Shown here: in pieces, positions 11,303 to 23,146 of the stretch
How positions within the stretch are numbered: position 1 is the first letter of the stretch
How the letters are laid out: each line of letters starts with the position of its first letter
From: Mantamonas sphyraenae STR306
Taxonomy: Eukaryota > Protista > CRuMs
Assembly: GCA_026936335.1 (NCBI GenBank)
Contig: JAPMXV010000017.1
Coordinates: 240,456 to 304,455, forward strand
DNA length: 64,000 bases
Reading direction: 5' to 3'
Translations under genes and position numbers: made by a program
Notes under the pieces: model-generated
The model's database searches: none
The model's input: the letters and a program-made list of their open reading frames with translations, nothing else
What the model was told of the DNA's origin: nothing

Positions 11303-13044
11303 TCAAGTGTAGTACGCCTTGACGACCACAGGGTCGCTGTCGCTGCGCATTCTCCTCACATTGGCCACCGTCGACTTGTGCAGGCTCGAGCTCAGAGCCT
11401 TGTCTCCTGAACTCGACGCAAGCTGCACACCTGCGTCCTTGTCACCCTCACGTGCTCCCAGCACACTCCAGTCACTCTTGATGAAGCTGAGGTCGCGTTC
11501 ACGCAACAAGCCACTCAGCTGCACCTCGTTCTCATCCTCCGCGTCTCCATGCCTGCCGTTCTCCGTGTCATGTCCCGTTTCCTGTTGAGCATCGTCCTCA
11601 AGTGTGCTTTCCTTTGCTTCTTCCTCCTCCCCCTGTGGTTCTGTCTGCTGTGCGGCCGCCGTGCCCGAGTCTCCACTTGCCTGCGCTTCGTTTGCCTCCT
11701 CGTCTGCGCCTGCACTGCTTCCGCTGCCTGCGCTGCTGCCGCTGCCACTTCGATTCTGTCTCTGCACAGCTGCCTCCCATTCCGAGTCCATGATGGCCAG
11801 CTTGGCCTTGTACGACCTGTTTTCTGCCCCTGCCATTTGCACGAAGCAGCGTTCCAGCTGCGCATAGTCGGGTGCGTCGCTGAAGCCCAGCGCACTCACT
11901 GCTTCCATGTACGTGCGCATTGTAGGCGGACACGCCGCGCACACGTCGTCCAGGCTGACCTGCAGCTTGATCTCCGTCAGCTGGTCGTAGCTTGGGCCCT
12001 TGCTGCTGCTGTACACGTAGTCGCCCTGGTCCAACCATGGCAGCCCTGCCAACATGTAGATGAGCACGTATCCCAGCGCCTCCATGTCGTCCCTTCGGCT
12101 CAACACTTTGCCCTCGTGAGCACGCCGCGACGCAAAAATTGGTGTTCCAGCCGTGAAGCGCTTCCCGTTTCGCTCTCGCTCCCCTGAGCTCTCTGTGCTG
12201 CCGTCCGCCTCCTCTGCCACATGCCGCCCTTCTGTGTCTCTAAAGCGTCGGCTCAGGCCGAAATCAATCATGTAAAGCTGTGCGACGCAGGCAGGAAGCC
12301 ACTGTAAGTGCAACTGCGCTGCAACGGTTCCTCCTCCCTCTGCCTGGCTTACCTTGTTGCTCGTCGGCGATAGGTCCATCAGAAAGTTGGCAGGTTTGAT
12401 GTCACAGTGGATAAACGACTTTTCGTGCAAATGCTGCAGCGTGCGCACGGCGTGCATCCCAATCACCGCCACTGTGGCCGGTGAAAGACGACGCTTGAAA
12501 CTGGGAACGCTGGGGTTCACAAGATCCAGCACGTCGTCCAGTGACGGCCCCAGCAGCTCCATCACGATCGCAGTCACCTCCCCGTTTTCAGAGTACGTGT
12601 ACATGTCTGGAAACATGTCCAGCTGTGTGGTGTGCTCACTACGTCAGAGTGTGCGTTCCGTTTCACTCTTTTCCCAGCGCCTCTGGAAGCATTCCCCTCC
12701 ATTCTTCCTTCACCGCTTGCCTCCTCACAGCCATCCACCCTCCTGTCCACCCACCTCCCCTCCCCTCTCCTTCAAAAACGCACACGCTTGCAACTCACAT
12801 TGTGAATGGCCTGCAACACCGTCCTCTCCTGTTCCAGCCGTCTTGTCTGTTTGGATGTCGTGGCAATCTTGATGCACACTTTCCGGTCGGTGAATGTGTC
12901 CTTGCCTTCATACGCAGTGCCAAAACGCCCACGTCCCAGGGGCGTTCCCCCCACAACCACGTAGCGTCGATTCAGCACCGGGAAGCCAGAGCCGCGTCCT
13001 CCATTTCGCGACGACGATCGCGATGTGGACGAGCCGCAACCCAT
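11303..13044 (-). CDS. Divergent casein kinase 1 family kinase with N-terminal MGCGSS acylation motif
   Basis: Exons 13044-12799, 12622-12353 and 12277-11303; introns 12623-12798 and 12278-12352. Motifs LGRGRFG, VCIK, VMELLGPSL, FIHCDIKPANFL, IDFGLS, SRRDDMEALGY. Confidence 0.88.
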
Positions 13045-13141
13045 GGTGTCGGCTTCTGTTGCGTTGGCCTCACTGACGCAAACGATTTCTCGATTCATCC
13101 GATTCATCCATCTCCATTGTTGTCATCTCTCTCCACCATCA

Positions 13142-16100
13142 TCACACTCGCCCCACTTGGTTGGTGTTCCACGAAACGTTTTCCTCGTCGCCAGCACTCG
13201 TCGACGCGAAATCGCGTCCCATCTCCTCCAACATCAGCACCTTTTTGCGCAGGATGTCCACCTCGGCCTCACGTTCGCCAATCTCGCGTTCGCGCTGCTC
13301 CACTCGCTTCACCAGCGTTTCCACGGCCGTGACCACGCTTCCGCTTTCCGCGCCGGCCATCGCCAGCACCTGCTCCGTCACACGCTGGTACTCGCCTGCA
13401 ATCGCTGCCTTTTCCTCCGCCCCACGCTCAATCTCTTGCTGCAGCACACTCTCGCGTTCCATCTGCTGCAGCACGTCGCCCTGGGACACACCGCTGCTCG
13501 ACTCAAGTCGCTCCAGAGCCGCCTCCTTTCGCTCCAGCTCCTTGGCCACCTTTTTCAACTGTGCCTTCAGCTCGTTGTTCTCCTCCTTGATCTTCACGTG
13601 GTGTTGGATCTTTTGCTTCAGGTTCTGGTGACCCGTCAGTTTGTCCACCTCTGCCTGCAGCTCTGCCAGCTTCTTGCCGTCTTCCCGCGCTGCCTTCTTC
13701 AGCCTGCCAACCTGCTCGTTCAGCTCCTCGTTGCGCTCTGCAAACGATTCCGCCTTGTCAAACGCAAGCTTCTCCTCCTCGCGCAGACGCTCCATCATCT
13801 CCACGCACTCCTGGCGCTCTCGCATCGACGCCTCGTACGACTTGCGCATTGCTGCCAGACGCTTCTCCAGCTCGCCAGCCTTGTCCTCGGCTGCGCTCTT
13901 GGCTGCGTCCAGCTCCACCATGCGCTGTTGTGCCTCGGCCATTGCCGTTGTCTTGTCCGCCAGGCTGGTCTCCAGCGACGCCTTGCTCTGTCGCAGTGCC
14001 TTGACCTCTTGCTCCAGACCCTTCATGGCCTCCACACGTGCCTTCAGTCCCTTGATCTCTTCGTTCTTCTCCTCTCGTGTGCTCTCCCAGCGCTCGCTCA
14101 TGTCTGCAAACGCCTCCAGCTGAGCTTCAAGCTCGCCGATGCGCTCGCTGTTTGCCGCTTCGCTCTGCTCCAGCTCGCCGCTGCTCACCATGTGCTTCAT
14201 CTTTGCGCGCAGTTCGCGCTCACTGCGCTGCGCACTCATCAGCTGGCCCATCAGCGTTTCGTTTTCCGCCGTCGTCTTGCTGGCCTCCTCCTCCACCTTG
14301 TCGATGGCTGCACACAGCTCCCGCTCCTTCTCTTCCAGAAGCTCCACCTCGGTTGCGCTGTCCTTCAGTTTGATGGTCAGCGATTGCACCTCTTCCATCA
14401 TCTCCTCCTGCTTGCGGTTCATCATGGCCTCAAACTCTTCGCGGTCGTTCACCAGTGCTGCGAGCTCTGCACGTGCTGTCTCCTCGCTCGCACGCACAGC
14501 TTCCAGCTGTTCCTTTGCGCCGCTCAGCTCCTGAAGCTGCTTGCGCATCTCCCGAATCACGCTCTGCGCGTTGCTTTCGTTCTTGTCTGCAGCTGCAACC
14601 TGTGCCATCAGCTCTTCCACCTGTGCACGCAGCCTGACCTGCTCCTTCCCTGCCGCTTCCAGCGACGCAATGCTTGCCTCCAGCTCGCTTTCGTACATGC
14701 CCAGCTGCTCCTTGAGCTGATCCTGCGTCTGGTCGGTCTGTGCTGCTTCCAGCTTGCTCTCGGCCTTTGCCAGCGCGCTCTGCATCTCATGGCTCATCAC
14801 CTCCAGTTGCGACACAACCTCGTTGCGCTCTTCCAGCTGGTCTCGCATCATTTCGCTCTCTGCACTCAGCGTGTCAAGCTGCTCTCGCAGCGCCTCGATT
14901 TCGGCGCTCTTTTCGTCCACAGCCTCGCGATGCTCGGCCGCAACGCGTTCGATGGCCACCAGTTCGCTTTCGTTGCTCGTGCGCAGCTCCTCCATGGCCT
15001 TGTGCAGCTTGCGCACCTCTGCCTCGGCTCCCTCCTTGGCTGCCTGCATCTCGGCCAACTGCGTCTCCAGCGCCACCACCTGTGCTCGCTCTGCCTTGCG
15101 TTCACTTTCTGCTGCCTGGCTCTTTGTCTCCACCTCCTTTACCTTTGCTTTCCAAGTCTTGATCTCTTCCTCGGCCGCGTTCACCTTGGCCTTCCACAGC
15201 TCCTTGTCCTGCTCCGCCACCGAGGCCTGGCTCTTCCACACCTCCACCTCCTGTTGCGCCAGGGTCAGGGCCTCGCGTGCGCCTGTGTCCTCCTGTGCCT
15301 CGGCCTGTGCAGCTGCCGCTTTGATGTTCTCCATGGCCACGTGGTGTGCCATCTCACGGCTTTCCAGCGCCGTTTGCAGTTCGTCAATCATGCCCGAAGC
15401 CTGTGCCAGCGCACCCAGCAGCTCGCCTTCCTTGGCAGCCCACTCGGCACCCGCCGCACTCAGCTCCTCTTCGCTCTTTTCCAGAGCATCACTCAGCACC
15501 TTCATCTGCGACTCAAACGCCTGCTCGAGCTTCCACTTTTCGAGCTCCATGTTTTCGTACGCACGCTTCTGCGGGCTCAGCAAAGGCGAATGAGTGGCCA
15601 GTGCACCGTTGCTGCTGCTACTGCCTCCCTGGGCTTGCAGCTTGTCCAGCTTGCGTTGCAGCTCCTGCAGCGCATCCTGCACCTCGTGCTTGTCGGCCAC
15701 CGTGTTGCGCATCTGCTCCTCCAGACTTGCGGCGTATGCTTCGCTCTCGGCAAGCTTCTCCATGTTCATCTCGTAGTTCTCGTCCATGTGCGCCTCGTAC
15801 TCTTCAAGCACATCGCGCAGCTCGAGGTTTTCCATGGCAAAGCGCACCACCTCCGGGTGATGTTCGATCTGCTTGAGGAGCGTCTCGTTCTCTGCGCGCA
15901 AGTCGGTCATGGCTGCCTGCAGCATGTCCTCGTAGCTGGCCAGCTGCTCGCTGCTGTCGCGCTGGATGCGATCCTCACGCAGACGCAGGATGAAGCGCAG
16001 GCACATGATGGTGTGCTCGCGGCGTGCTGCCAGTTCTTGCAGCGCCTCGTTCTTCTGATACATCAGGTGCTGCTTGTCCTCTGCCTCACGCTGCTTGTCC

Positions 16101-17767
16101 AGAGCAGTGCAAAGGATGGTTTCCAGCTCGCGCGTGCGGTCACCAAGCCCTGCGTGGCTGCTGCTGCCTCCGGCTTCGATGGTGCTAAAGTCGCTGATGA
16201 ACGAACTGGCCGCGTTGGGTCCGGGCGACCCAGGCATGTGCAGTGCCACGCGTCCAGGGCCATTCTTGGCCACCACGGCCAGCTGCTCGCGCAGGCGGGC
16301 AATCTCCAGCTGCATAGCGTGCACGTTGCCCGAGGTGTCCTCGTTGACCACGGCGTTGTTGCGGATCAGCTTGGCGCGCTGGGCAAACTTGAGTGTGGAC
16401 AAGGACTCGCCAAAATTCATCTCTGAGGGCGAGATGTTGGCCACGACGCAGGTCTTTGCGTTGCCGCCCAGCGAATCCTTGAGCAGAAACGTCATGGTCG
16501 AGTCACGGTAGTGGATGTGACGCGTCTTGCCACGTGCAACCTCGCTCAGGGCCATGATCACCTTTCCCAGGGCACTCAGAGACTGGTTGATCTTGGAGGC
16601 CTCGTGGAGACGTTCGCCCGTGGTGTCTGTGCTCTTTTGGCGTTCGGAACCGGCCAGATCGATGAGGTTGAGACGAGACTGGCGCACCTGGGTCAAGCCA
16701 CTGCTGGCTTGCACCTTGCGAGTCTCGATGGTGAGAGTAAACACAGAGTGCGAACGCGACGACTCGCTGTTCATCTTTGTGGACGCGACGTGTCGGTTGC
16801 GCGCACCTTCGTTGAGAATGTTGTACGCATGCGTGGCACTCTCTACGCTCTCTTCAATCACATTCTGGATGTACACGCCACTCTTGCGCGACTCGCGCAG
16901 CTGCAGCGCAGGCGGCGGGTTAAAGTCGTCGCTGTGATCCGCAAGCAGATCGCTCAGCTGCTCGTTGTAGATCTCCACAAAGGAGCAGCGGCACGAAAAG
17001 GTGGTGTCCGGGTTCTGTGCAAGGCAGGGACAGGTAAACACAGGCGTGTGCAATGCATGTGGTGTGTGGTGTGAGCAAACCGGGATGACGGCTGATGCGC
17101 GCGCGCAGATTTTCAAAGCGCGGCTTTTGGCGCGCAAACGGCACGTCCACTCACCATGCGCTTCTCTCGGGCCATCAGGCCAAAGATGTGGTCAAGCACA
17201 CGTGGAATGAGACCACGGTCTTCGTGTTGGGAGGGACCTGCAATGCATGTGACCGGTGTGCGAGTGTGAGCGTGGCACGTCAGAAAACGGGACGGTGGAG
17301 CGCGCGGAAATCCGGCACGGACCTTGCATGGTGTACGTCTTGCCCGAGCCGGTTTGGCCGTAGGCAAACACCGTGGCATTGTAGCCACCCAAGCAGGCGT
17401 CGGCAACAGGGCGCCCAACCGAGCGAAAGACTTCGCTTTGGGTGGTGTTGGCGTCGAGAACCGAATCAAACGTGAACTGCTTCTGCTCGCGACGCGTGGA
17501 CAGCATAACTGTGCGGCCCTCTGCGTCGACGGTGACAATGTTGCGCGAGGCACTCTCGCGATCGTTCATGGGACGCACTCGTACCACGACACGCACGTTG
17601 TCGCTGTCATGGGAGGCGAGCGAAGTGTCGAATTCTGGCGCCAGCCTAGCGTGTCAGTGGATGGGCAGCAGCAGCAACAGGGGGGCAAGAGCAGATGGGC
17701 CATGAGGTGATGTGTGTGTGTGGACGGGCTGGGAAACGAGTGCTGGTGTTGAGGTACCGTCGTCCAT
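13142..17767 (-). CDS. KIF15: Kinesin-12 family motor (KIF15-like) with long coiled coil
   Basis: Probable exons 17767-17758, 17634-17323, 17237-17155 and 17014-13142. Motifs VRVRP, AYGQTGSGKTYTM, NSESSRSH, DLAGSER, LKDSLGGN, and the KIF15/HMMR C-terminal motif LTGHQNLKQKIQHHVKIKEEN. The first micro-exon is less certain. Confidence 0.9.
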
Positions 17768-17805
17768 TGTGTTTGGGTTGCCGGCGCCAGGGCAACTGCG
17801 AGCCA

Positions 17806-18601
17806 TCATCGGATGCCCTGCTGTGTGGACTTGCCCAGATCTCGCACGAGATCGCGTGCATAAATGTCCTTGTCGTCGTCAAACTCGCCCTGGATGATCA
17901 TTTCCTGGCAAAAGAGAAGAAAGACTTCGTTGGCTCGCAGGAGATCCTGTTGTCTGCCGGCCTCCCAGGAGCGCAGAAAGGCCTCAGGCAACAGCATGTA
18001 GGCAGCACCACCTGCCACGCCAGTATGGAAGAGGCTGCGTGCGACGTATTCGGCGACACCACGCATGGATGACCTGTTTGGAAAGCTTGTAAACAACAAC
18101 GCCACGGGAAAGGCCACTTGCGCAACCGCTGCAGTGGTGCGGCCTGCAATGTACGAGTCACGCAGCGCGGGTACAAACTCGCTCAGCTCTCGTCCAAACG
18201 TCATGCGCTCCACGTTGGCCTTGGCCACGGAAACACGGTGGACAATGCTTCCGCGGCTCGTCTGCTTTGTGGTGTCCTCCTCTGCACCTTTGCTGTTGCT
18301 GGCTGTGTTTGAGGTGACGGGGAGCTCCTTGAGTGCGGGGATATCGCTGCAAAACATCTGCGTGTGTGTGTTGCAGGGTCAGCGGAAAATGCACCGACCC
18401 CCCCGGCCTCACAAACGACCACACTGGCAAATCACACACTCCTACCTCGTAGTAGTCTACCAGCCAGGGAGGCTCGGTCAATGGCCTGTTCCACAGAGCG
18501 ATGCGTTTGTCTTGGAAGGTCGTGTAGTACGCTGCAGCCAAAGTGCCAGCGGTGACCACCACAGGCATAAACACACCCGTTCCAGCCTTGGCGCTTGACA
18601 T
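17806..18601 (-). CDS. Hypothetical membrane-associated protein, about 235 aa
   Basis: Exons 18601-18446 and 18357-17806; phase-0 intron 18358-18445 (GTAGGA..GCTGAC..CGCAG). Contains hydrophobic segments. Confidence 0.65.
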
Positions 18602-18746
18602 GTGTGCAATTGGGTGGTGGAAGAGGAGCTTTTCTAAAGTGAGGGAGGGTGAGACGGGATGTATGCAGCCGGGAACGGGACAAAGGGCGATTGCGCTGCG
18701 TCACCCAGCGCCATCGGATCCTCACGCGCAGACGTGTGGACATGAC

Positions 18747-19256
18747 ATGGAGCAGTTGCCGGCAGAGGTGCAGGCGCTGATATTGCAGCACCCGGTGCTG
18801 TTGCACGACGTGCGGTCTCTGTGTGCGCTGGCGTGCTCTTGTTCCTCCTTTGCCAATCTGAGCACAGACTCGCTGCTGTGGGCTCAGGTGGCACACGCAA
18901 ACGGATTTCGTCCTCATCAGTGGCGTGGTGTGGACGAACGGCACCCGGACAAACACACCAGGGCACACGCCGCTGCGCTTCGTCGCTGGGTCTTGCGACG
19001 TGTGCGCCAGAATGCCAGGCCCCTCGTGCTTTCCACATCCTCTGTCTCCATCAGTGTGGATTCTTCCACTGCGTCGCATGACTCACCACGTCCCGATCCC
19101 GCTTCTGCCTCGTCTGCGGGCTCGTTTGCGAATCCCGTTCGCCATCTTCAACCGACCAACGCGTCGCGCACACGCACTCGTCTGTTTCTGCTGTTTCTCA
19201 TTCTCGCCGCGTGTGTGTTTGTAGTCATTGCTGTCACTGAGGGCGGATGGTCGTGA
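18747..19256 (+). CDS. Small F-box protein with C-terminal transmembrane anchor
   Basis: F-box pattern MEQLPAEVQALIL...SLCALACSCSSF...DSLLW. Terminal hydrophobic stretch LFLLFLILAACVFVVIAV. Confidence 0.7.
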   Translation: MEQLPAEVQALILQHPVLLHDVRSLCALACSCSSFANLSTDSLLWAQVAHANGFRPHQWRGVDERHPDKHTRAHAAALRRWVLRRVRQNARPLVLSTSSVSISVDSSTASHDSPRPDPASASSAGSFANPVRHLQPTNASRTRTRLFLLFLILAACVFVVIAVTEGGWS

Positions 19257-19330
19257 TCGGGCAATGGCGTGTGCGGTGGCGGGGACTTTTTCCATGAATC
19301 TCCAAGGGTTTTTCATTGCCGTCACGTTGT

Positions 19331-19696
19331 TCAGTTCTTGGCCTTCCACCAGTCGAGGAACTCGGCCTGGGCAGCACCGACGTCGACATCCTTGTCGTTG
19401 GTGGCCAGAGCGGTGGTTGTGTAGGCAACGGCAGCGGCGCCGAGGCCGACCATGACGGCTCCGTGCGGCGAGCGGCTGTTGACGGCAGCAAAGGCAGCCG
19501 ACGCCACACCAGCGACAGCGGCCACGTTGACCGACGTGTTGTGACGCTCCTGGGCGCGCTGGATAACGGCGCCAGCCTGTGTGTTCTGCGAGGCAAACTC
19601 GTCAACATCGCTCTGCTTCCACTCCGGCAGCAGTTCCTCGCCCTTGCTGAACCCGCTCACGGGGCCTTGGTAGAATCGCGACTCGGAAGAACCCAT
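19331..19696 (-). CDS. SDH6: Homologue of plant succinate dehydrogenase subunit 6 (complex II)
   Basis: 121 aa. LPEWKQSDVDEF, AAFAAVNSRSPHGA and DVGAAQAEFLDWW match, in order, the plant SDH6 motifs as I recall them (LPxWSxSDVEEF, AFAWKYSKSPHGA, DTMAAQVKFMEWW). Confidence 0.8.
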   Translation of the reverse strand: MGSSESRFYQGPVSGFSKGEELLPEWKQSDVDEFASQNTQAGAVIQRAQERHNTSVNVAAVAGVASAAFAAVNSRSPHGAVMVGLGAAAVAYTTTALATNDKDVDVGAAQAEFLDWWKAKN

Positions 19697-20274
19697 AGTG
19701 TGTCTGCGGCGGTGGCGGGTGCGTCAGTCGCGTGTGCGTGCGCGTAGGGACATGGGGCCGGAGGACAACAATCCACACAAGCGGCGCCCGAGAGGGAACA
19801 TTCGAGGAGCGGAAGGCCGTTCCACCAAGCTGCCTCTGGCACGACGTTTGCCACAGACAAGCACCCTGTCCATGCAAACGCCTGCGCAGCAACAACGCAG
19901 TGACGAAACGGCACTCTCCTTTGTCTATGGCGGCTGGTGTGCGTGCACAAGCAAGGCGTGGACAACCATGCGAAGGCGCGCGGCTCGTTTGGCGGCGGCG
20001 ACGACGTTGATCCCAGACGGGCACAAAGGGCGTGCTGGCTCGAGTGCAGCCACACCTGCGTGTTTCTATGCAGGGGACACGTGCACAGGTACGCAGGATC
20101 CACCCTTGTCGCGCATTGGTCGCCGCAAGCGACTCGGGGGCCGGATTGCGCATGATGTCGCTGACAATCCTCAGGATGCAACACACACAGTACACACCTG
20201 TGGGCACACGCATGGCACCACGTAGGGAATGTATTTGCAAGGCACCAAACTCACAGCAGAGATTTGCTTTGCCC

Positions 20275-23094
20275 TCACAGGCGCGTGGAGGCAAACGACG
20301 CGTCGTGGTCAGCGCCCACCTCATCCATCCAGGCCTGAGAGATGGCTGCATCTGCCTCGGGATGGTCTCGAAGCTGGCGTGTCTTCTTGCGCAGGCGGCG
20401 GTGCAGAAGGATCCAGCAGACGGTTGCGAGCATGCCGCACAAGATAGTCAACCCGAGGCCAACGGGTGTGCCTTCACGAAGGACCATGACGGCAAACTGC
20501 ATGGCAGCAAGCATCATCACGGCAAAGAGGACTGCTGTGGAGGCATCAACGCCAATGAGGGCGTCGCTGCGTTCGCAACGCGCACCTTGACTGAGGCTGA
20601 TGCGGTCGCTCAGGTAGATGGTGGCCAGGGCCAGGCATCCACAGGGCATAACCATGGGAATGGATGTGCTAAGAGCCATGGACACGGCGACGATGAGGTT
20701 GACCTGGGACATGCGCGCAACAGCATCGATGGTGGGCACCTGCAGCTCCACCTGCTGGCCATCCTGCAGTGTGACCTTCTTGTTGGCTGTGGCTCGCATT
20801 TCACCCTCCACATGCATGTCTTCCACAAACTGCAGCACCTCGGGATCGTCTTCGTCTTCGGCCACCAGCACGCGGCGTTCATCGCGCAACTGTTTCTTTT
20901 GGCCGTGGAGCAGACTCTGACCTTCTCCCGCAGAGTCCATGAGCGAAATAGGTGCGCCTGGGTAGCGCCATGCATTCCAGCGACGCTTGAGGACACGGGA
21001 CAGCGGGACGACAACCAAGGTGACCACCATGGTCGTCATGGCTGTGGAAATCATCAAGTTGATGTAGAAGGCTGTGATGATGCGAAACAGCAGACTGAGT
21101 CCGTCGACGGCAATGCACTGGCGGGACACCGCCTTGTGGCAGCTCAGCTTGTCTTCAAGGCTGCTCACGGCCACGCCATAGGAAACAATGGGCAGCACGA
21201 GCGTGTTGATCACCTTGGCCAGGTACATGCGGCGCACGGTGAGTCGTTTGAGGCTGGTGTAGTCTGTGATGGACACCCATCGCGCGGTGACAGACCATCG
21301 CACAACCGCCGGGGTCACAGCGTTGATGACACTCAAGGCCACGGTGGGCAGCATGGTGTTGAGCAGCACGCCGGAAAAGTCACTCAGTCCCGGGTTGATG
21401 ATCTGGGCACTCTTGCCAGCCAGTACCTGACCGTTGAGCCAGACGGCTCCACCCGCGGCAGCAGCCGGGATGAACACACCCGCCAGCATGACGAGTACGT
21501 TGCGGATCCAACCCCAGGCCGTGTTTGGACGACTGCGGTTTTCCCAGTAGACAGCCCAGGCACGGTTGGAGCGATGGCAGCGGACGCGCAGATGAACGAG
21601 AATGTTGCTGTTGGGCCTCAGCACCTCTGTGAGCGGGTTCATGCGCACCGAGATGCCGCTGTTGTGTTGCAGCACTTCGTTGGCTGCCTCTGCATCGCGC
21701 ATAAAGAGAAAGCAGGTGCCCACGGGTTTGGGCGGCTCGCCGTCGATTCGGTCGATGGCGTCCAGGATCTCCATGCGCCGAGTGGCGTCTGGTTCGTACA
21801 GCCATTGTTTGCGCAGCTGGGCTCGCTCGTCGTTGCTGTTCAGCAGGCACACACGCTTGATCTTGTCTGGGTACAGGGTGTCCAGCTTGTCGCGAACCTG
21901 CTGTTCGTCCAGAGATCGGGGAACATTGACCAGACGCAGGACGGTGTTGAGGTGCGTCTGGACAGGGTAGCGCACGTAGTGGAGATTGTAGATGCGCCAG
22001 GCACATGCCAGGGCCAGGAGAAGCTCGGTCATGGCAACAATGCCCACCCACATGTACTCGGGTGCGCCGGGTTCCAAGTTGATCACCGTGACGCCGGCCA
22101 GGTCCGGGTTGTTCTCTGTGTTGATGCCCGAAAGGTACATGTAGAGGAGGATGATGGGTGGCAGAGACATGGTGGCGGTGAAGAGAAGCAGCGTGCGTTG
22201 GGTGTGCATGAGGGGCAGCGCCTGCGGAGCTTCGCGGCACAATTCCTTGTCCTTTGCCACAAAGACAAGGCGGAGAAACTCAACAGGCTGTGAAAGGACG
22301 CGATATGCATCCTTGTCGGGGCTGATGAGGTAGCGGACAACCATAAAGGCGGCAAGGGAGGCCAGGACGAGGGAAAAGTTGATACCGGCGGCTTCAGGGA
22401 CGTTTCCCGTGTTGACCTCCACGGCGAACGGACGTGACTTTTGCACGTCGCAGGTGTCGCTGTCCACGTACGCAAACTGATAGTTGCCGCGTTCGCCAGA
22501 GACGGTGAGGCCAGAGAACTGGCCGCGCAAGCCAGCTTCACGGGTGTAGTCCACGTAGTAGACCTGGGGACGGAACACAACGCCGGGCACCTTGACGAGG
22601 ACGACGTCGACGTAGCCCTGGGAGTCATCGGCACATTGGACCTGCGGTTGGCTCTGGAAGGGCTTGCCACTGACGGTTTGTGTGGACACGTCGGTGAGGA
22701 TCTTCAACAGGGCGCGGTTTGCGCCGACGCCAAATACAGGCAGAGGATCAAATTTGCGTACGCTGCCATCGGAGAATTCGATGTGCACTGTGTAGTTGCC
22801 CGTGTCTTCGCGGGTCATGCAGCGGAAAAAGATGCCTGTGGAGTTGGTGGCGATGCGTCGTGACGGGTACATCAGGAGGTGGTTGCGCGTGACTGTGATG
22901 TTGCCCTGGTTGAACGACGACCTGCTGTTGATGACCATACGCATCGGGGTTCCGGTGCGCACGACAGCAGCCTTGGCTGTGCGCACGAGATTGTACTCGG
23001 CCGAGGTGAAGTCGCCCGGGGCATTCTGTGCACAGATGCACAGCGACAATGTCAACCAGACCAGGCAGGCCACGAGTGCTGTGCGTCGCAGCAT
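20275..23094 (-). CDS. Divergent OSCA/TMEM63 (CSC1)-like channel with signal peptide and large extracellular N-terminal domain
   Basis: Start MLRRTALVAC (signal peptide), followed by many TM segments. Cytosolic-domain motifs TVLRLVNVPRSL..LDTLYPDKI, GTCFLFM..AEAA and VYWEN resemble OSCA/RSN1 conserved blocks. Confidence 0.6.
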   Translation of the reverse strand: MLRRTALVACLVWLTLSLCICAQNAPGDFTSAEYNLVRTAKAAVVRTGTPMRMVINSRSSFNQGNITVTRNHLLMYPSRRIATNSTGIFFRCMTREDTGNYTVHIEFSDGSVRKFDPLPVFGVGANRALLKILTDVSTQTVSGKPFQSQPQVQCADDSQGYVDVVLVKVPGVVFRPQVYYVDYTREAGLRGQFSGLTVSGERGNYQFAYVDSDTCDVQKSRPFAVEVNTGNVPEAAGINFSLVLASLAAFMVVRYLISPDKDAYRVLSQPVEFLRLVFVAKDKELCREAPQALPLMHTQRTLLLFTATMSLPPIILLYMYLSGINTENNPDLAGVTVINLEPGAPEYMWVGIVAMTELLLALACAWRIYNLHYVRYPVQTHLNTVLRLVNVPRSLDEQQVRDKLDTLYPDKIKRVCLLNSNDERAQLRKQWLYEPDATRRMEILDAIDRIDGEPPKPVGTCFLFMRDAEAANEVLQHNSGISVRMNPLTEVLRPNSNILVHLRVRCHRSNRAWAVYWENRSRPNTAWGWIRNVLVMLAGVFIPAAAAGGAVWLNGQVLAGKSAQIINPGLSDFSGVLLNTMLPTVALSVINAVTPAVVRWSVTARWVSITDYTSLKRLTVRRMYLAKVINTLVLPIVSYGVAVSSLEDKLSCHKAVSRQCIAVDGLSLLFRIITAFYINLMISTAMTTMVVTLVVVPLSRVLKRRWNAWRYPGAPISLMDSAGEGQSLLHGQKKQLRDERRVLVAEDEDDPEVLQFVEDMHVEGEMRATANKKVTLQDGQQVELQVPTIDAVARMSQVNLIVAVSMALSTSIPMVMPCGCLALATIYLSDRISLSQGARCERSDALIGVDASTAVLFAVMMLAAMQFAVMVLREGTPVGLGLTILCGMLATVCWILLHRRLRKKTRQLRDHPEADAAISQAWMDEVGADHDASFASTRL

Positions 23095-23146
23095 GTGGTC
23101 GTTTGTAGACACGGATGGGCTTTGCTTGGGTGCGGCGACGCACCCA

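Noticed and set aside
11301-11316. TCAAGTGTAGTA resembles the U2 snRNA branch-recognition region
   Set aside because: No U2 stem I or downstream match. It is the antisense of the CK1 terminal codons (YYT-stop).
13025-16426. 1133-aa plus-strand ORF, and similar long ORFs at 4647-6914, 20032-22293, 26952-29204 and 44588-47314
   Set aside because: Antisense shadows of real genes in a GC-rich genome; L/H/Q-biased with no motifs.
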